Notes under the pieces: generated by a model | The model's database searches: none | The model's input: the letters and a program-made list of their open reading frames with translations, nothing else | Told to the model about the DNA's origin: nothing | Program-made: the position numbers and the translations under genes | Source of the DNA: Heterodontus francisci | Taxonomy: Eukaryota | Assembly: GCF_036365525.1 (NCBI RefSeq) | Contig: NC_090389.1 | Span: 87,761,611 to 87,825,610 of the forward strand | Length of the DNA: 64,000 bases | Reading direction: 5' to 3' | Part shown: positions 25,650-39,169 of the stretch, in pieces | Numbering within the stretch: position 1 is the stretch's first letter | Layout of the letters: each line of letters opens with the position of its first letter

Positions 25650-28600
25650 TTTAGTGGCTCAGTTAGTAGCAGTCTCTCCTCTGAGTCAGAAGAACAAAGA
25701 AAATTACAGCACAGGAACAGGCCCTTCGGCCCTCCAAGCCTGCACCGATCCAGATTCTCTATCTAAACATGACGGCTGTTTTCTAAGGGTCTGTATCTCT
25801 TTACTTCATGCCCATTCATGCATCTGTCTAGATACATCTTAAAAGACGCTATCGTGCCCGCGTCTACCACCTCCGCTGGCAACGCGTTCCAGGCACCCAC
25901 CACCCTCTGCGTAAAGAACTTTCCACGCATATCCCCCCCCTAAACTTTTCCCCTTTCACTTTGAACTCGTGACCCCTAGTAATTGAATCCCCCACTCTGG
26001 GGGAAAAAGCTTCTTGCTATCCAACCTGTCTATACCTCTCATGATTTTGTACACATCAAATCAGGTCCCCCCTCAACCTCCGTCTTTCTAATGAAAATAA
26101 TCCTAATCTACTCAACCTCTCTTCATAGCTAGCGCCCTCCATACCAGGCAATATCTTGGTGAACCTCCTCTGCACCCTCTCCAAAGCATCCACATCCTTT
26201 TGGTAATGTGGCGACCAGAACTGCACGCAGTATTCCAAATGTGACCGAACCAAAGTCTTATACAACTGTAACATGACCTGCCAACTCTTGTACTCAATAC
26301 CCCGTCCGATGAAGGAAACCATGACGTATGCCTTCTTGACCACTCTATTGACCTGCTTTGCCACCTTCAGGGAACAATGGACCTGAACACCCAAATCTCT
26401 CTGTACATCAATTTTCCCCAGGACTTTTCCATTTACTGTATAGTTCACTCTTGAATTGGATCTTCCAAAATGCATCACCTCGCATTTGCCCTGATTGAAC
26501 TCCATCTGCCATTTCTCTGCCCAACTCTCCAGTCTATCTATATTCTGCTGTATTCTCTGACAGTCCCCTTCACTATCTGCTACTCCACCAATCTTAGTGT
26601 CGTCTGCAAACTTGCTAATCAGACCACCTATGCTTTCCTCCAAATCATTTATGTATATCACAAACAACAGTGGTCCCAGCACGGATCCCTGTGGAACACC
26701 ACTGGTCACACGTCTCCATTTTGAGAAACTCCCTTCCACTGCTACTCTCTGTCTCCTGTTGCCCAGCCAGTTCTTTATCCATCTAGCTAGTACACCCTGG
26801 ACCCCATGCGCCTTCACTTTCTCCATCAGCCTACCATGGGGAACCTTATCAAACGCCTTACTGAAGTCCATGTATATGACATCTACAGCCCTTCCCTCAT
26901 CAATCAACTTTGTCACTTCCTCAAAGAATTCTATTAAGTTGGTAAGACATGACCTTCCCTGCACAAAACCATGTTGCCTATCACTGATAAGCCCATTTTC
27001 TTCCAAATGGGAATAGATCCTATCCCTCAGTAACTTCTCCAGCAACTTCCCTACCACTGACGTCAGGCTCACCGGTCTATAATTACCTGGATTTTCCCTG
27101 CTACCCTTCTTAAACAAGGGGACAACATTAGCAATTCTCCAGTCCTCCGGGACCTCACCCGTGTTTAAGGATGCTGCAAAGATATCTGTTAAGGCCCCAG
27201 CTATTTCCTCTCTCGCTTCCCTCAGTAACCTGGGATAGATCCCATCCGGACCTGGGGACTTGTCCACCTTAATGCCTTTTAGAATACCCAACACTTCCTC
27301 CCTCCTTATGTCAACTTGACCTAGAGTAATCAAACATCTGTCCCTAACCTCAACATCCTTCATGTCCCTCTCCTCGGTGAATACCGATGCAAAGTACTCG
27401 TTTAGAATCTCACCCATTTTCTCTGACTCCACGCATAACTTTCCTCCTTTGTCCTTGAGTGGGCCAATCCTTTCTCTAGTTACCCTCTTGCTCCTTATAT
27501 ATGAATAAAAGGCTTTGGGATTTTCCTTAACCCTGTTTGCTAAAGATATTTCATGACCCCTTTTAGCCCTCTTAATTCCTCGTTTCAGATTGGTCCTACA
27601 TTCCCGATATTCTTTCAAAGCTTCGTCTTTCTTCAGCCACCTAGACCTTATGTATGCTTCCTTTTTCCTCTTAGCTAGTCTCACAATTTCACCTGTCATC
27701 CATGGTTCCCTAATCTTGCCATTTCTATCCCTCATTTTCACAGGAACATGTCTCTCCTGCACGTCAATCAACCTCTCTTTAAAAGCCTCCCACATATCAC
27801 ATGTGGATTTACCTTCAAACAGCTGCTCCCAATCTACATTCCCCAGCTCCTGCCGAATTTTGGTATAGTTGGCCTTCCCCCAATTTAGCACTCTTCCTTT
27901 AGGACCACTCTCGTCTTTGTCCATGAGTATTTTAAAGCTTACGGAATTGTGATCACTATTCCCAAAGTAGTCCCCTACTGAAACTTCAACCACCTGGCCG
28001 GGCTCATTCCCCAACACCAGGTCCAGTATGGCCCCTTCCCGAGTTGGACTATTTACATACTGCTCTAGAAAACCCTCCTGGATGCTCCTGACAAATTCTG
28101 CTCCATCGAGACCTCTAACACTAAGTGAATCCCAGTCAATGTTGGGAAAATTAAAATCTCCTTTCACCACCACCCTGTTGCTCCTACATCTTTTCATAAC
28201 CTGTTTACATATTTGTACCTCTACCTCGCGCTCGCTGTTGGGAGGCCTGTAGTACAGCCCCAACATTGTTACCGCACCCTTCCTATTTCTGAGTTCTGCC
28301 CATATTGCCTCACTGCTCGAGACCTCCATAGTGCCCTCCTTCAGCACAGCTGTGATATTCTCTTTGACCAGTAATGCAACTCCTCCACCCCTTTTACCTC
28401 CCTCTCTATCCCGCCGGAAGCATCGATATCCTTGGATATTTAGTTGCCAATCATGCCCTTCCCTCAACCAAGTCTCAGTAATAGCAATAACATCATACTC
28501 CCAGGTACTAATCCAAGCCCTAAGTTCATCGTGTAGGTTTGAGTCCCACTCCCATGATTTGAGCACAAAAATCGAGGCTTGACACTCCAGTGCAGTACTG

Positions 28601-28910
28601 AGGGAGTCCTGCACTCAGAGTTGTCAGATGCGACGTTAAACAGAGTCCCTGTCCGCTCCTTCGGGTGGACGTAAAAGATTCCATGGTACTATTTTGAAGG
28701 ATTGGGTGTTATCCCTGGTCTCCTTGTCTAATACTTATCTGTCAATCAATATCTCAAAAACAAATTATCCGTTATTATCACATTGCTGTTTGTGGGAGCT
28801 TGCTGTGTGCAATTAGCTGCCGCGTTTCCTAGCAGTGACTTCAAAAGTACTTCATTGGCAGGTGTAAAGCACTTTTGAGTCATTCAGTGGTAGTGAAATG
28901 CAAATCTTTT
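25650..28910 (+). mobile_element. Deu-domain SINE split by CR1: head about 25650-25692, body about 28531-28910
   Basis: 'gtggctcagttagtagc..ctgagtcagaag' continues as 'gtgtaggtttgagtcccact..gtaaaagattccatgg' after removing the CR1. Confidence 0.8.
25693..28530 (-). mobile_element. Young CR1 LINE, 5'-truncated within the endonuclease; same subfamily as 14581-18553
   Basis: ORF 26056-28614 is nearly identical to the 914-aa ORF2 from DELRAWIST onward; GVPQGSVLGP intact; premature stop after GDLI; same 3' tail. Confidence 0.96.
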
Positions 28911-29021
28911 TAATCTTTTTGTTAGATAAAATATTATATAATTGCAAATAACTGGCTTTATTTAGCATATTGATAATGGGAAGCTATAGGGAAATGTCAC
29001 TTCATATGTTTTTGCCTTCAG

Positions 29022-29170
29022 CAACCAATCAGTGGTTCATCCCAGCAGTGAGAGGGGACATTCCTGCAGGCTGTGCGGCCTATGGATTTGTATGCGATGG
29101 AACCCGACTGTTGGTGTTCGGTGGCATGGTGGAGTACGGGAAGTATAGCAATGAGCTGTATGAGCTACAG
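29022..29170 (+). CDS. HCFC1: HCFC1 exon 2 (Kelch: [50 protein letters not shown])
   Basis: ttttgccttcag|CAACC ... CTACAG|gtaagt; 149 bp; phase 1 to 0. Confidence 0.96.
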
Positions 29171-31189
29171 GTAAGTGGGGAAGGGGGGATATCCTCATGG
29201 TGAGCCTCCCAGTAACTTAATTGTGAGCCTGCTTTTTTTTTATCTGTTTGAACGGTGCCTGTTGATACTTGTCTGGAGAAAATATAAATGTCTGTGTTAA
29301 ATATGTATTACTAATTATAGGAGATGTAGGGTCGGACCCTAATCTCAGGAGTTGAACCTGTGATCTAGGCTTTATTGAAAGAGTGCTGCATTAGCGGAGG
29401 TGTTAGCTGACAGTTGAGGTGGAAGTGGAAGATCCCATGGTATTATCTGAAGAATAGTGAGTTCTCCTGTGTGCCCATCACCATTCACCTCTCAAGCAAT
29501 GCCACCAAAAACTGATTATTGATCATTCATTTGCTGTTTGTGATACCTTGCTATCCATAAATAGACTGCGGCATTTGCCTGCGTGACAGCCATAAGTGCA
29601 CTTCCCTTGCTTAGAGTCATAGTCATTTACAGCACAGAAGGAGGCCATTTGACTCATCGAGTCCACGCTGGCAGTGATTTGAGACATCCTGAGGAGTTGA
29701 TATAAAAGAACTTCCATTCGTACATCAATAAACTTTGAGACTTTTTTTAAGGTTTTAAAGGGCTGAGCTCTACTAATGCTTGTAAAATTTAAAAATACTT
29801 CCTGCAGCAATAGCACAGTTTTCCTTTGGGGAGCCAACAGAAGTTAGGCTTGAATATGTGAATATGCAAAGAACTCGATGCATTTCTACCAGGAGTTGCT
29901 TGACAGGAAGCAAGGTTGAAATATTAGCAGAGCTTGCTATTTGTGGGTTTTTTTTTGGCTTCCAACCCTCCCCACATATAGCTCGGGAGATGTTGAAGCC
30001 ACATTTTCCTCTTCCCTGCTGCTACCCACCTGACGTTGGTTAATAGAATAAAGATTGGGCTTGAGTTTCTGAGTGGTACATCGTGTGGATCATTTATAGT
30101 TACTGAATCACTAGGCAGGTCGATCAATGTTAGGTTCTTGGTATCTGTGTGGCAAGTTCATTTTAATGAAATGTTCTTCAAAGTTCACTCCACTTTTCCT
30201 CTACTCTCTGACAGTTCTTTTATTTGCTTGTTTCACGCTGTACTTCTGTAGCCAAAAATTACGATCGTGCATTTGGAACACTTTATCCAAATCATCTAGT
30301 TCCAGGCAATGTTTTCCAAAATAAAACCTTGATTACACGGAGCTTTCAGAAATGACCGTTCATACTGTTCTGGTCAAAACAAATTCTCTTCGTCCTAGGC
30401 TGGGTAAATCTCGCCTTCTGTTTACTAAAGCAGCGATTTAAGAAGAAAAAAAGTTTTGGCCTCTTCCCGATGGCATGTTTATTTCAACAGCATTGATACT
30501 TAGCCATAACTGTGAGCCAGCTGATCAGAGCACTTTTTTTTGTGACTGCATATTGTCCTGAAGCATCATGAACCAAAATTGTTCCGTAGGAACATTCCAC
30601 TTAGAGCAACAGATGGTGGGAAATTTTCCACTCTTCAAAGTATTCACTCAGTGTGAGTGAAGAGAGAAAATGTTGGTGGGAAGAACTAAGTGTGATACTA
30701 GGAATTACTGGCTGTCATGGCAAGTAAAATAATTTTTTTTTCGTCTGCTTATATCGGGCTGTCCCAGGTCTCTGCATAGGTATGGTTTCAGCTGATAACT
30801 GGATGGGTCATCAGATCAGTTCAAAATCTAATGGCGTTATCGGACATTAAATGCTAATCATTTGAATCGGATGTGGCATTCATTTTGTTTTCCTGCTCAC
30901 AGGGCACTGAACCATGGTAGGATATAATTCCACTGGGGCAGGTGGCTGCTTTGCTCAAGTGCTCCCCTTTTGAGTACAAGCCCAGACTTTAAACCTATCT
31001 GACCACTTGGGAGCTTCGCAGCCAAGCTCAATCCTCGCCTTGCTGTATGTGCAGTTTCAGCAGGGGCTGGGCTGGGGGCACAGGTGAAGAGTCATTGGAT
31101 AACAATGAGAAGTGGCACCTCTTGTGATATTATGCAGTTACCAAGTAAACTGGGAGTTGTTTCTTTTCCCTGAACAAATCTCTGTGATT

Positions 31190-33915
31190 TTTTTTTATTC
31201 ATATAGGGATGTGGGCGTCGCTGGCGAAGCCAGCATTTATTGCCCATCCCTAATTGCCCTTGAGAAGGTGGTGGTGAACTGCCTTCTTGAACCGCTGCAG
31301 TCCATTTGGGGTAGGTATACCCACAGTGCTCTTAGGAAGGGAGTTCCAGGATTTTGACCCAGCGACAGTGAAGGAACGGCGAGATAGTTCCAAGTCAGGA
31401 TGGTGTGTGACTTGGAGGGGAACTTGCCGGTAGTGGTGGTGTTCCCATGCATTTGCTGCCGTTGTCCTTCTAGTTGGTAGAGGTTGCGGGTTTGGAAGGT
31501 GCTGTCTAAGGAGCCTTGGTGCATTGCTGTAGTGCGTCTTGTAGATGGTACACACTGCTGCCACTGTGTGTCAGTGGAGGGAATGAATGTTTGTAGATGG
31601 GGTGCCAATCAAGCGGGCTGCTTTGTCCTGGATGGTGTTGAGCTTCTTGAGTGTTGTTGGAGCTGCCCCCATCCAGGCAAGTGGAGAGTATTCCATCACA
31701 CTCCTGACTTGTGCCTTGTAGATGGTGCTCAGGCTTTGGGGAGTCAGGAGGTGAGTTACTCGCCTCGGGATTCTTAGCCTCTGATCTGCTCTTGTAGCCA
31801 CGGTATTTATATGGCTACTCCAGTTCAGTTTCTGGTCAATGGTAGCCCCTAGGATGTTGATAGTGGGGGATTCAGCTATGGTAATGCCGTTGAATGTCAA
31901 GGGGAGATGGTTAGATTCTCGTTTGTTGGAGATGGTCATTGCCTGACACTTGTGTGGCGCGATTGTTACTTGCCACTTATCAGCCCAAGCCTGGATATTG
32001 TCCAGGTCTTGCTGCATTTCTACAATGACTGCTTCAATATCTGAGGAGTCACGAATGGTGCTGAACATTGTGCAATCATCAGCGAACATCCCCACTTCTG
32101 ACCTTATGATTGAAGGAAGGTCACTGATGAAGCAGCTGAAGATGGTTGGGCTTAGGACACTACCCTGAGGAACTCCTGCAGTGATGTCCTGGAGCTCAGA
32201 TGATTGACCTCCAACAACCATAACCATCTTCCTTTGCGCTAGGTATGACTCCAGCCAGCAGAGGGTTTTTCCCCTGATTCCCATTGACCTCAGTTTTGCT
32301 AGGGCTCCTTGATGCCATACTTGGTCAAATGCTGCCTTGATGTCAAGGGCAGTCACTCTCACCTCACCTCTTGTGTTCAGCTCTTTTGTCCATGTTTGAA
32401 CCAAGGCTGTAATGAGGTCAGGAGCTGAGTGGCCCTGGCGGAACCCAAACTGAGCATTACTGAGCAGGTTATTGCTAAGCAAGTGCTGCTTGATGGCACT
32501 GTTGATGACGCCTTCCATCACTTTGCTGATGATTGAGAGTAGACTGATGGGGCGGTAATTGGCTGGGTTGGACTTGTCCTGCTTTTTGTGTACAGGACAT
32601 ACCTGGGAAACTTTCCACATTGCAGGGTAGATGCCAGTGTTGTAGCTGTACTGGAACAGCTTGGCTAGGGGCGCGGCAAGTTCTGGAGCACAGGTCTTCA
32701 GTACTATTGCCAGAATATTGTCAGGGCCCATAGCTTTTGCAGTATCCAGTGCCTTCAGTCATTTCTTGATATCACGCAGAGTGAATCGAATTGACTGAAG
32801 TCTGGCATCTGTGATGTTGGGGACTTCAGGAGGAGGCCGAGATGGATCATCAACTCGGCACTTCTGACTGAAGATTGTTGCAAATGCTTCAGCCTTAACT
32901 TTCACACTGATGTGCTGGGCTCCCCCATCATTGAGGGTGGGGATATTTGTGGAGCCACCTCCTCCAGTTAGTTGTTTTATTGTCCACGGCTGAATGTGGC
33001 AGGTCTGCAGAGCTTCGATCTGATCCGTTGGTTATGGGATCGCTTAGCTCTGTCTACCGCATGCTGCTTACGCAGTTTGACACACAGATAGTCCTGTGTT
33101 GTAGCTTCACCAGGTTGACATCTCATTTTGAGCTATGCCTGGTGCTGCTCCTGGCATGCCCTCCTGAACTCTTCATTGAACCAGGGTTGGTCTAATTGCT
33201 TGATGGTAATGGTAGAGTGGGGGATATGCTGGGCCATGAGGTTACAGATTGTGGTTGAGTACAATTCTGCTGCTGCTGATGGCCCACAGCACCTCATGGG
33301 TGCCCAGTTTTGCATTGCTAGATCTGTTCGAAATCTACCCCATTTAGCACGGTGGTAGTGCCACACAACACGATGGACGGTATCTTCAATGTGAAGGCGG
33401 GACTTCGCTTCCACAATGTGCGGTGGTCACTCCTACCAATACAGTCATGGACAGAAGCATCTGCGGCAGGCAGATTGGTGAGGACGAGGTCAAGTATGTT
33501 TTTCCTTCGTGTTGGTTCCCCCACCACCTGCCGCAGACCCAGTCTAAAAGATATGTCCTTTAGGACATGGCCAGCTCGGTCAGTAGTGGTGCTACCGAGC
33601 CACTCTGGGCGATGGACATTGAAGTCCCCCACCCAGAGTACATTTTGTGCCCTTGCCACCCTCAAGTGGTCTACGTGGAGGAGTACTGAGTCATCAGCTG
33701 AGGGAGGGCGGTAGGTGGTAATCAGTAGGAGGTTACTTTGCCCATGTTTGACCTGATGCCATGAGACTTCATGGGGTCTGGAGTCGATGTTGAGGACTCC
33801 CAGGGCAACTCCCTCCCTACTGTATACCATTGTGCCACCATCTCTGGTGGGTCTGTCCTGCCGGTGGGACAAGACATACCCGGGATGGTGATGGCAGTGT
33901 CTGGGACATTGTCTG
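31190..33915 (-). mobile_element. CR1/L2-group LINE (family B), APE plus RT, frameshifted, 5'-truncated
   Basis: YRPPS, GDFNVH, SDH (APE); 386-aa RT ORF with NYRPISLL, QFGFR, LDIKAAFD, GVPQGSVL, MFADD; 3' tail ends near 31190. Confidence 0.92.
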
Positions 33916-34264
33916 TAAAAGCGTACAGTAAAATCGTTAAGAACCAGACCATTCCCTTTTAGTAAGTTGCTCATGAAGAAAGTATTAATTTATCTATTTG
34001 ACTTGTTTCACAAATTCTGTACAACTGATTGTGGAATTCAAAGGGCTGTTAATTATCCAAATTTGTGCTGGTAAAAAGTGTGCTTTGGAGAAGCAACTGT
34101 TCCCTCAGGAATGGGGCTGCTGTCCAAGAATTAGTCTGCAGTACTAATTTTGACATTCTTAATGTAGTTTTGGAGCCACTGAGGCTGTGTAATTGACACT
34201 GAACTGTTGGGTGATATTTAGGGAAGAAATCACTATTTTTTTCTGCTGTGCTCTTGTTTTCCAG

Positions 34265-34425
34265 GCAAGTAGATGGGAATGGAAAAAACTGAAGGCCAGA
34301 GCCCCCAAAAATGGTCCTCCACCATGTGCCCGTCTTGGGCATTGCTTTTCAGTAATTGACAATAAATGTTATTTATTTGGGGGATTAGCCAATGACAGTG
34401 AAGATCCAAAAAACAATATTCCACG
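34265..34425 (+). CDS. HCFC1: HCFC1 exon 3 ([26 protein letters not shown]...EDPKNNIPR)
   Basis: gttttccag|GCAAGT ... CCACG|gtaaga; 161 bp. Confidence 0.96.
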
Positions 34426-35359
34426 GTAAGAAACCTGTGTGTTTTTATTTTTCTTCAAAACCTCTCCTCCTCCTCCCTTGTCAATCTTGACACCAGTCCA
34501 GAATTCCAGATGTGACCAAATTTGGTCATGGATGAATTACAAGAGAGAAACATATTTGATCAGATTGGGAATAGGAAATAGGTGATTTCTAGGTTCGTAT
34601 TAAGGAGGCACAACTGCATCCTAGAGTTAGGAAGGAAACCGGTTCATCTTTGTGTTGATCTTTGAGAGAGACCTGTCCTACATGGACTGCAGCAGTTCAA
34701 GAAAGCAGCTCACCAACACCTTCTCGAGGGCAATTAGGGATGGGCAATAAATGCTGGCCTAGGCAGCTCACATTCCGTGAAAGAATTAAAAAAAAGACTG
34801 AAGAACCCATGATGGAGAGATGTGATCGTGAACTGCCTAGAAGCAAGTCGATTCCTTTTCTTAAGCTTGCACTTCATACACATGGATCAAGTGAATTCAC
34901 ACTCTGTGGAGGCAGCAAATGAGAAATAAAATATACAGGTGGTTTCCTGTTGCCTTATTGTAACCAGCAGCTTGAATTGGGGGCTTTGCACTGTCTAGCC
35001 TCTCAACACCAGCAGCCTAGAAGACACAGTGAAAACCTGATGCAAACGGGTATTCCAGCAGTCTGTCTTAACAAGTGCCAGCAGTATTATGTTTGGCTGT
35101 GTAAGACCCGCATCTTGGAATCCCTTCGGCTGTGATGCAGTGCAAAAGTGCCTCAAATTGTGGGAATGCTATCTTGTGCAAGTAGTGAAAATTGGGAGAT
35201 GGTCAAGATTTATAATATTTTCAGCTAGTTTAAGGGAGAGTCTTTTCAAGTTATTTTCCTCCTTCACCAACAAAGTCATCTCCTTCCAATTCATGTAATA
35301 ATCCTTTTTTTAAAAAGAATAGGGCAGACACAGAAACTTTAATTGGGGGGAGTGGGGGG

Positions 35360-35600
35360 TGAGAAGTCAAGGTAAGAGGGGCATAATGTTAGAGTTAGGC
35401 CATTTAGGAGTGAAAAATAATGTAAATCTGGAACTCTTTCCCCCAAAATTCAGTGGATCGATTGAAATTTTCAACACCAAGATCGGTAAATTTTTATTAG
35501 GTTAGTGTATGAAGCGATATGGCACAAGGATAGGTCAATGGAGTTAAGGTACCGATCAGCCATAATCTAATCAAGGAGCTGAGCGGCTTACTCCTGTTCC
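35360..35600 (+). mobile_element. CR1 3' end fragment
   Basis: RGHN..RPFRSE; tail 'gatcagccataatctaat..gcttactcctgttcct'. Confidence 0.55.
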
Positions 35601-35928
35601 TCTGCTATTGTGGGACTGGAGTCGGTTGTAAGCTCGACAGGGTAGGAATGGTAGGTTCCCTTTCCTGAAGGCCATTGATAAACATTGTGTTTTAATGACA
35701 AAATGGCAGCTCTCGTGATCATTTTTGCTCCTGGTGCCAGTCCAGGAATTATCAGATTCGTTGAAAATAATTTCGTAACTTGCCATGGTGACATGTGAAC
35801 TTGTGGCCTCTGGGTTGCTGGTCCTTGCCATAACTATTACCTGTTCAATCAAGTTACCTGCAGAATTGAACAGTAAAATCTACATTTCTGGTTTCCATGC
35901 AAAAAAAGACCACTTTGTTTTTTGATAG

Positions 35929-36137
35929 GTATTTAAATGACTTGTATATATTGGAGCTGAAGCCAGGATCAGGTGTTGTAGGATGGGACATACCGGTCAC
36001 CTATGGAACCCCTCCACCACCCAGAGAGTCCCACACTGCGGTCGTGTATCGCAACAAGGACAACAAAAAAGCAAAGCTCATCATCTACGGTGGAATGAGT
36101 GGTTGCCGACTCGGAGACCTGTGGATTCTGGATATTG
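35929..36137 (+). CDS. HCFC1: HCFC1 exon 4 ([15 protein letters not shown]...[10 protein letters not shown]...[12 protein letters not shown])
   Basis: ttttgatag|GTATTT ... GATATTG|gtaaac; 209 bp. Confidence 0.96.
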
Positions 36138-37764
36138 GTAAACATATTTTATTTCTGTACTGGCTACCTGTATGTTTTAGAGACTTTCACATTTGGAGAT
36201 CCAGTAACCAAGCAGATACATTTTGGCCTCCCCGTGCTGCTTTCTGGGTATTTAAAGCTGATGCCATATCTCCTAGAGAAAACCTGCTACAAGCAAGGGA
36301 AGCCAACTTCCTGCTTTTAACTTTAAGCAGCATCCTGAAGGTAGCTTGTGAGACTCTCATTTTGACCAAGGAGGTCAGATAATTTATATTTAGAAGACCG
36401 CTTGGTGATAGGAACAGCTTGTGGTTGCCATCTGTTGCATTTTCCTAACCGGGAAACACCTTTAGAGAAGCAGGAGATTAAATGTTAGGTGGAAGATACA
36501 GAAATATGTGGGATGCTGGTAATCAGGAAGCACAATTGTTCCCCAGTACAATTATATTCCTTTGATTTTTTTTCTTTGCCTTTTACCATCCCTTGCTGCC
36601 CTTCTCAGACTCATGCTTGGAGACTTATGATCTTTGAGTTGTTGAACTGTATGGAGGATGGGGCAGCAAGGTTTTGCAGCCAAGCCTGATCCACCAAGTT
36701 CATGGACTAACTTTCAGCAAAGTTCACTGCGATGTTGAAAACAGAGGACCACCCTCTCTAACATGGTGACACACCGGCTAATCCTGGCACCTGCCCAGCT
36801 GTCTTGGCTAAGAATAGATAACTCGGCACTTAAGACCTCTTTGGTCTCTATGGCCACATTATGCACTGAGCTGTAGAGCTTTGTTCCATGCCCATCCCTT
36901 GCCCACTTTAGTTTTTTCCCCTCCTCTCCTAATGGTGCCAACACTTGTTGGTGTGTGTTTGGCACATGTCTCTGCTCTCTGGTACCTCACCAGAGTGGCT
37001 GTGCTTCATTTCTGAGTATAGACAGTGAGTGTTGGCAGGCAATTCGAGAGTGGAGGGAATCGCCATCAAACTTGACCTGATCTTCCCTGACATGCCATGC
37101 TTGCACAAGCACACATGCAGTTTCCAGCAGAGATCACGGGATAGAGACCTGCTTCTCCTGTCCCTCCCTCCAGCTGGAACCAATTGTAATGGACCTTTCA
37201 CCATCCCAGGTGACACCTAACCTGGACCTGCCACCTTCCTGGTCTGTCTGTCTGGCTCAGTTTACTCACTGGATGAACACCTTAACGAGGGAGTTTTAAG
37301 GTTTTAGAACTTAAAATGTTTGAACGTCAAAACTGGAAAGACGCTTCAATCATAGAATGATGCAACACAGAAGAAGGCCATTTGTCCCATTGTTCCTGTG
37401 CCAGCACTTTGAAAGAACTGTCCAATCAGTCCCACTCACCGCCTCTTTCCCTATGGCCCTGCAGATTATTTTCCCTTCAGGTATTTAATACCGTTTCCTC
37501 TTGAAAGTTACTTTCGAATTTGCATCCACCAGGCAGTGTAATCCAAATTGTAAATAACTACGTTTTTTTTTAATTCTCCTTTTTTCCCCCCCCCCCCCCC
37601 CCCCCACTCTGGTTCTTTAGCCAATTACCATAAATCTGTGTCCTCTGGTTACCAATCCTCCTGCCGCTGGAAGTAATATTTTAAACTGTGGTATTTATTT
37701 ACCAAATCCTTTTTCACTTTCAGGTTAACAAGATTTCTTAATTTATTTTATTTATATAATGCAG

Positions 37765-37849
37765 AGAATTTAACATGGAACAAACCAGAAGTTGCTGGAG
37801 TCCCGCCACTACCTCGAAGTTTACACTCTGCCACAATGATTGGGAGCAA
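37765..37849 (+). CDS. HCFC1: HCFC1 exon 5 ([29 protein letters not shown])
   Basis: ataatgcag|AGAAT ... GAGCAA|gtgagc; 85 bp; not in the ORF track, read manually. Confidence 0.95.
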
Positions 37850-37968
37850 GTGAGCATCTATTCTACCTCCTAATAGGAATTGCACTGAAATGTTTAATAT
37901 TTGTGCTGATTGTGCTTGCATCCAACGACGCACTTAATTTTATTATATCCTTTTTTTTCCCCTCCCAG

Positions 37969-38075
37969 AATGTATGTTTTTGGTGGCTGGGTCCCCCTTG
38001 TGTTGGAAGATGTCAAAGCTCCCACGCATGAGAAAGAGTGGAAGTGCACAAATACTCTGGCGTGTCTGGATCTGG
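37969..38075 (+). CDS. HCFC1: HCFC1 exon 6 ([35 protein letters not shown])
   Basis: cctcccag|AATGTAT ... GATCTGG|gtatga; 107 bp. Confidence 0.96.
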
Positions 38076-38623
38076 GTATGATGTGTTGCTTCTTAACTCT
38101 TCCTCTGTCAGTGCTTTTTCAGCATTGTTCCTGTGCTGTTTTATTAATAAGAAATCTTCAGTGGAAGAGCATAAATGCAAAATTGGTGGTATGTTATATA
38201 ATAGCAATAGGAAATTCAGCATCGTGTATACCAGGGAGTGATTTCAAGCCATTATGTTCTGCGAGTTGGGAGTGAAGGTGTCAAATGATATATAAACCAT
38301 TCAACTTTGTTCTTGTCTGTCATCTGAACTATGACATGAGGTTAAGCAATCCTGTGCATCTGTAATTTTTCATTGGTAGCATTGCCTTGGAGATGGGATT
38401 GGCTGATTGGTGGGGTTGGGGTGGAGGAGGTAAGAAGCTTTCTCTTTAAACTATGTTTCCCTCCTCTTTTTTTCTGGATGACTCGCCATTCCCTTTCTTT
38501 CAATAAGCACTTGACCAGCAAAGCACGTTTGATTGCAGTTGACCTTTCCTTAATGTGGGGTTATGTTACTGCACCAGCATGCCTTCGATGCCCCATAAAT
38601 CTCTCATTTCTCTGTTGAACTAG

Positions 38624-38803
38624 AAACAATGACTTGGACGCAGATCTCTACCGAATCGTTTGAGGACAGCATCCCTCGTGCAAGAGCTGGTCACTGCTCA
38701 GTCTCCATAAGTACACGCCTCTATGTGTGGAGTGGCCGAGATGGCTACAGAAAAGCTTGGAACAATCAAGTCTGTTGTAAGGACCTGTGGTATCTTGAAA
38801 CAG
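38624..38803 (+). CDS. HCFC1: HCFC1 exon 7 (ETMTWTQ...[10 protein letters not shown]...[23 protein letters not shown])
   Basis: gttgaactag|AAACA ... AAACAG|gtaagt; 180 bp. Confidence 0.96.
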
Positions 38804-39169
38804 GTAAGTGCCGTTTCGGAAACTGTTTGCAGTTGTGTATATAAAGCAGCAAATGTTAGAAAAACTTGAGGCTTGAAAAGAGACAAGTGAGATGGTATTT
38901 CCGATGCCCCAGGTTTTGTGAATTGAGAGCACAAGTATGCTGTCTGATATTTATCCCTCAACCAACAATGCCAAGCCAGATTATCTGGTCTTTAGGGCGT
39001 TGCTGATTGTGGGGCCTTGCTGTGTGCAATTTGATTGTAGCAGTTTCTCTGTTACTACAGTGGCTACATTTCAAAAGTACTTCATTGGCTATGAAGTACC
39101 TTGGGACATCCTAAGGTTGTGAAAGGCACTATATAATTGCAAGTTCCTTCCTTTACAAAAGTGATGAGG

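Noticed and set aside
15360-28582. Duplicated + strand ORFs (e.g. MSSANLLIRPP..., MPSFSTAVIF...)
   Set aside because: Antisense shadow frames of the two CR1 ORF2 copies.
1-29021. HCFC1 exon 1 or promoter, or a second host gene
   Set aside because: No PRPRHGHRAV-type coding segment and no CpG island found; all long ORFs here are retroelement-derived.
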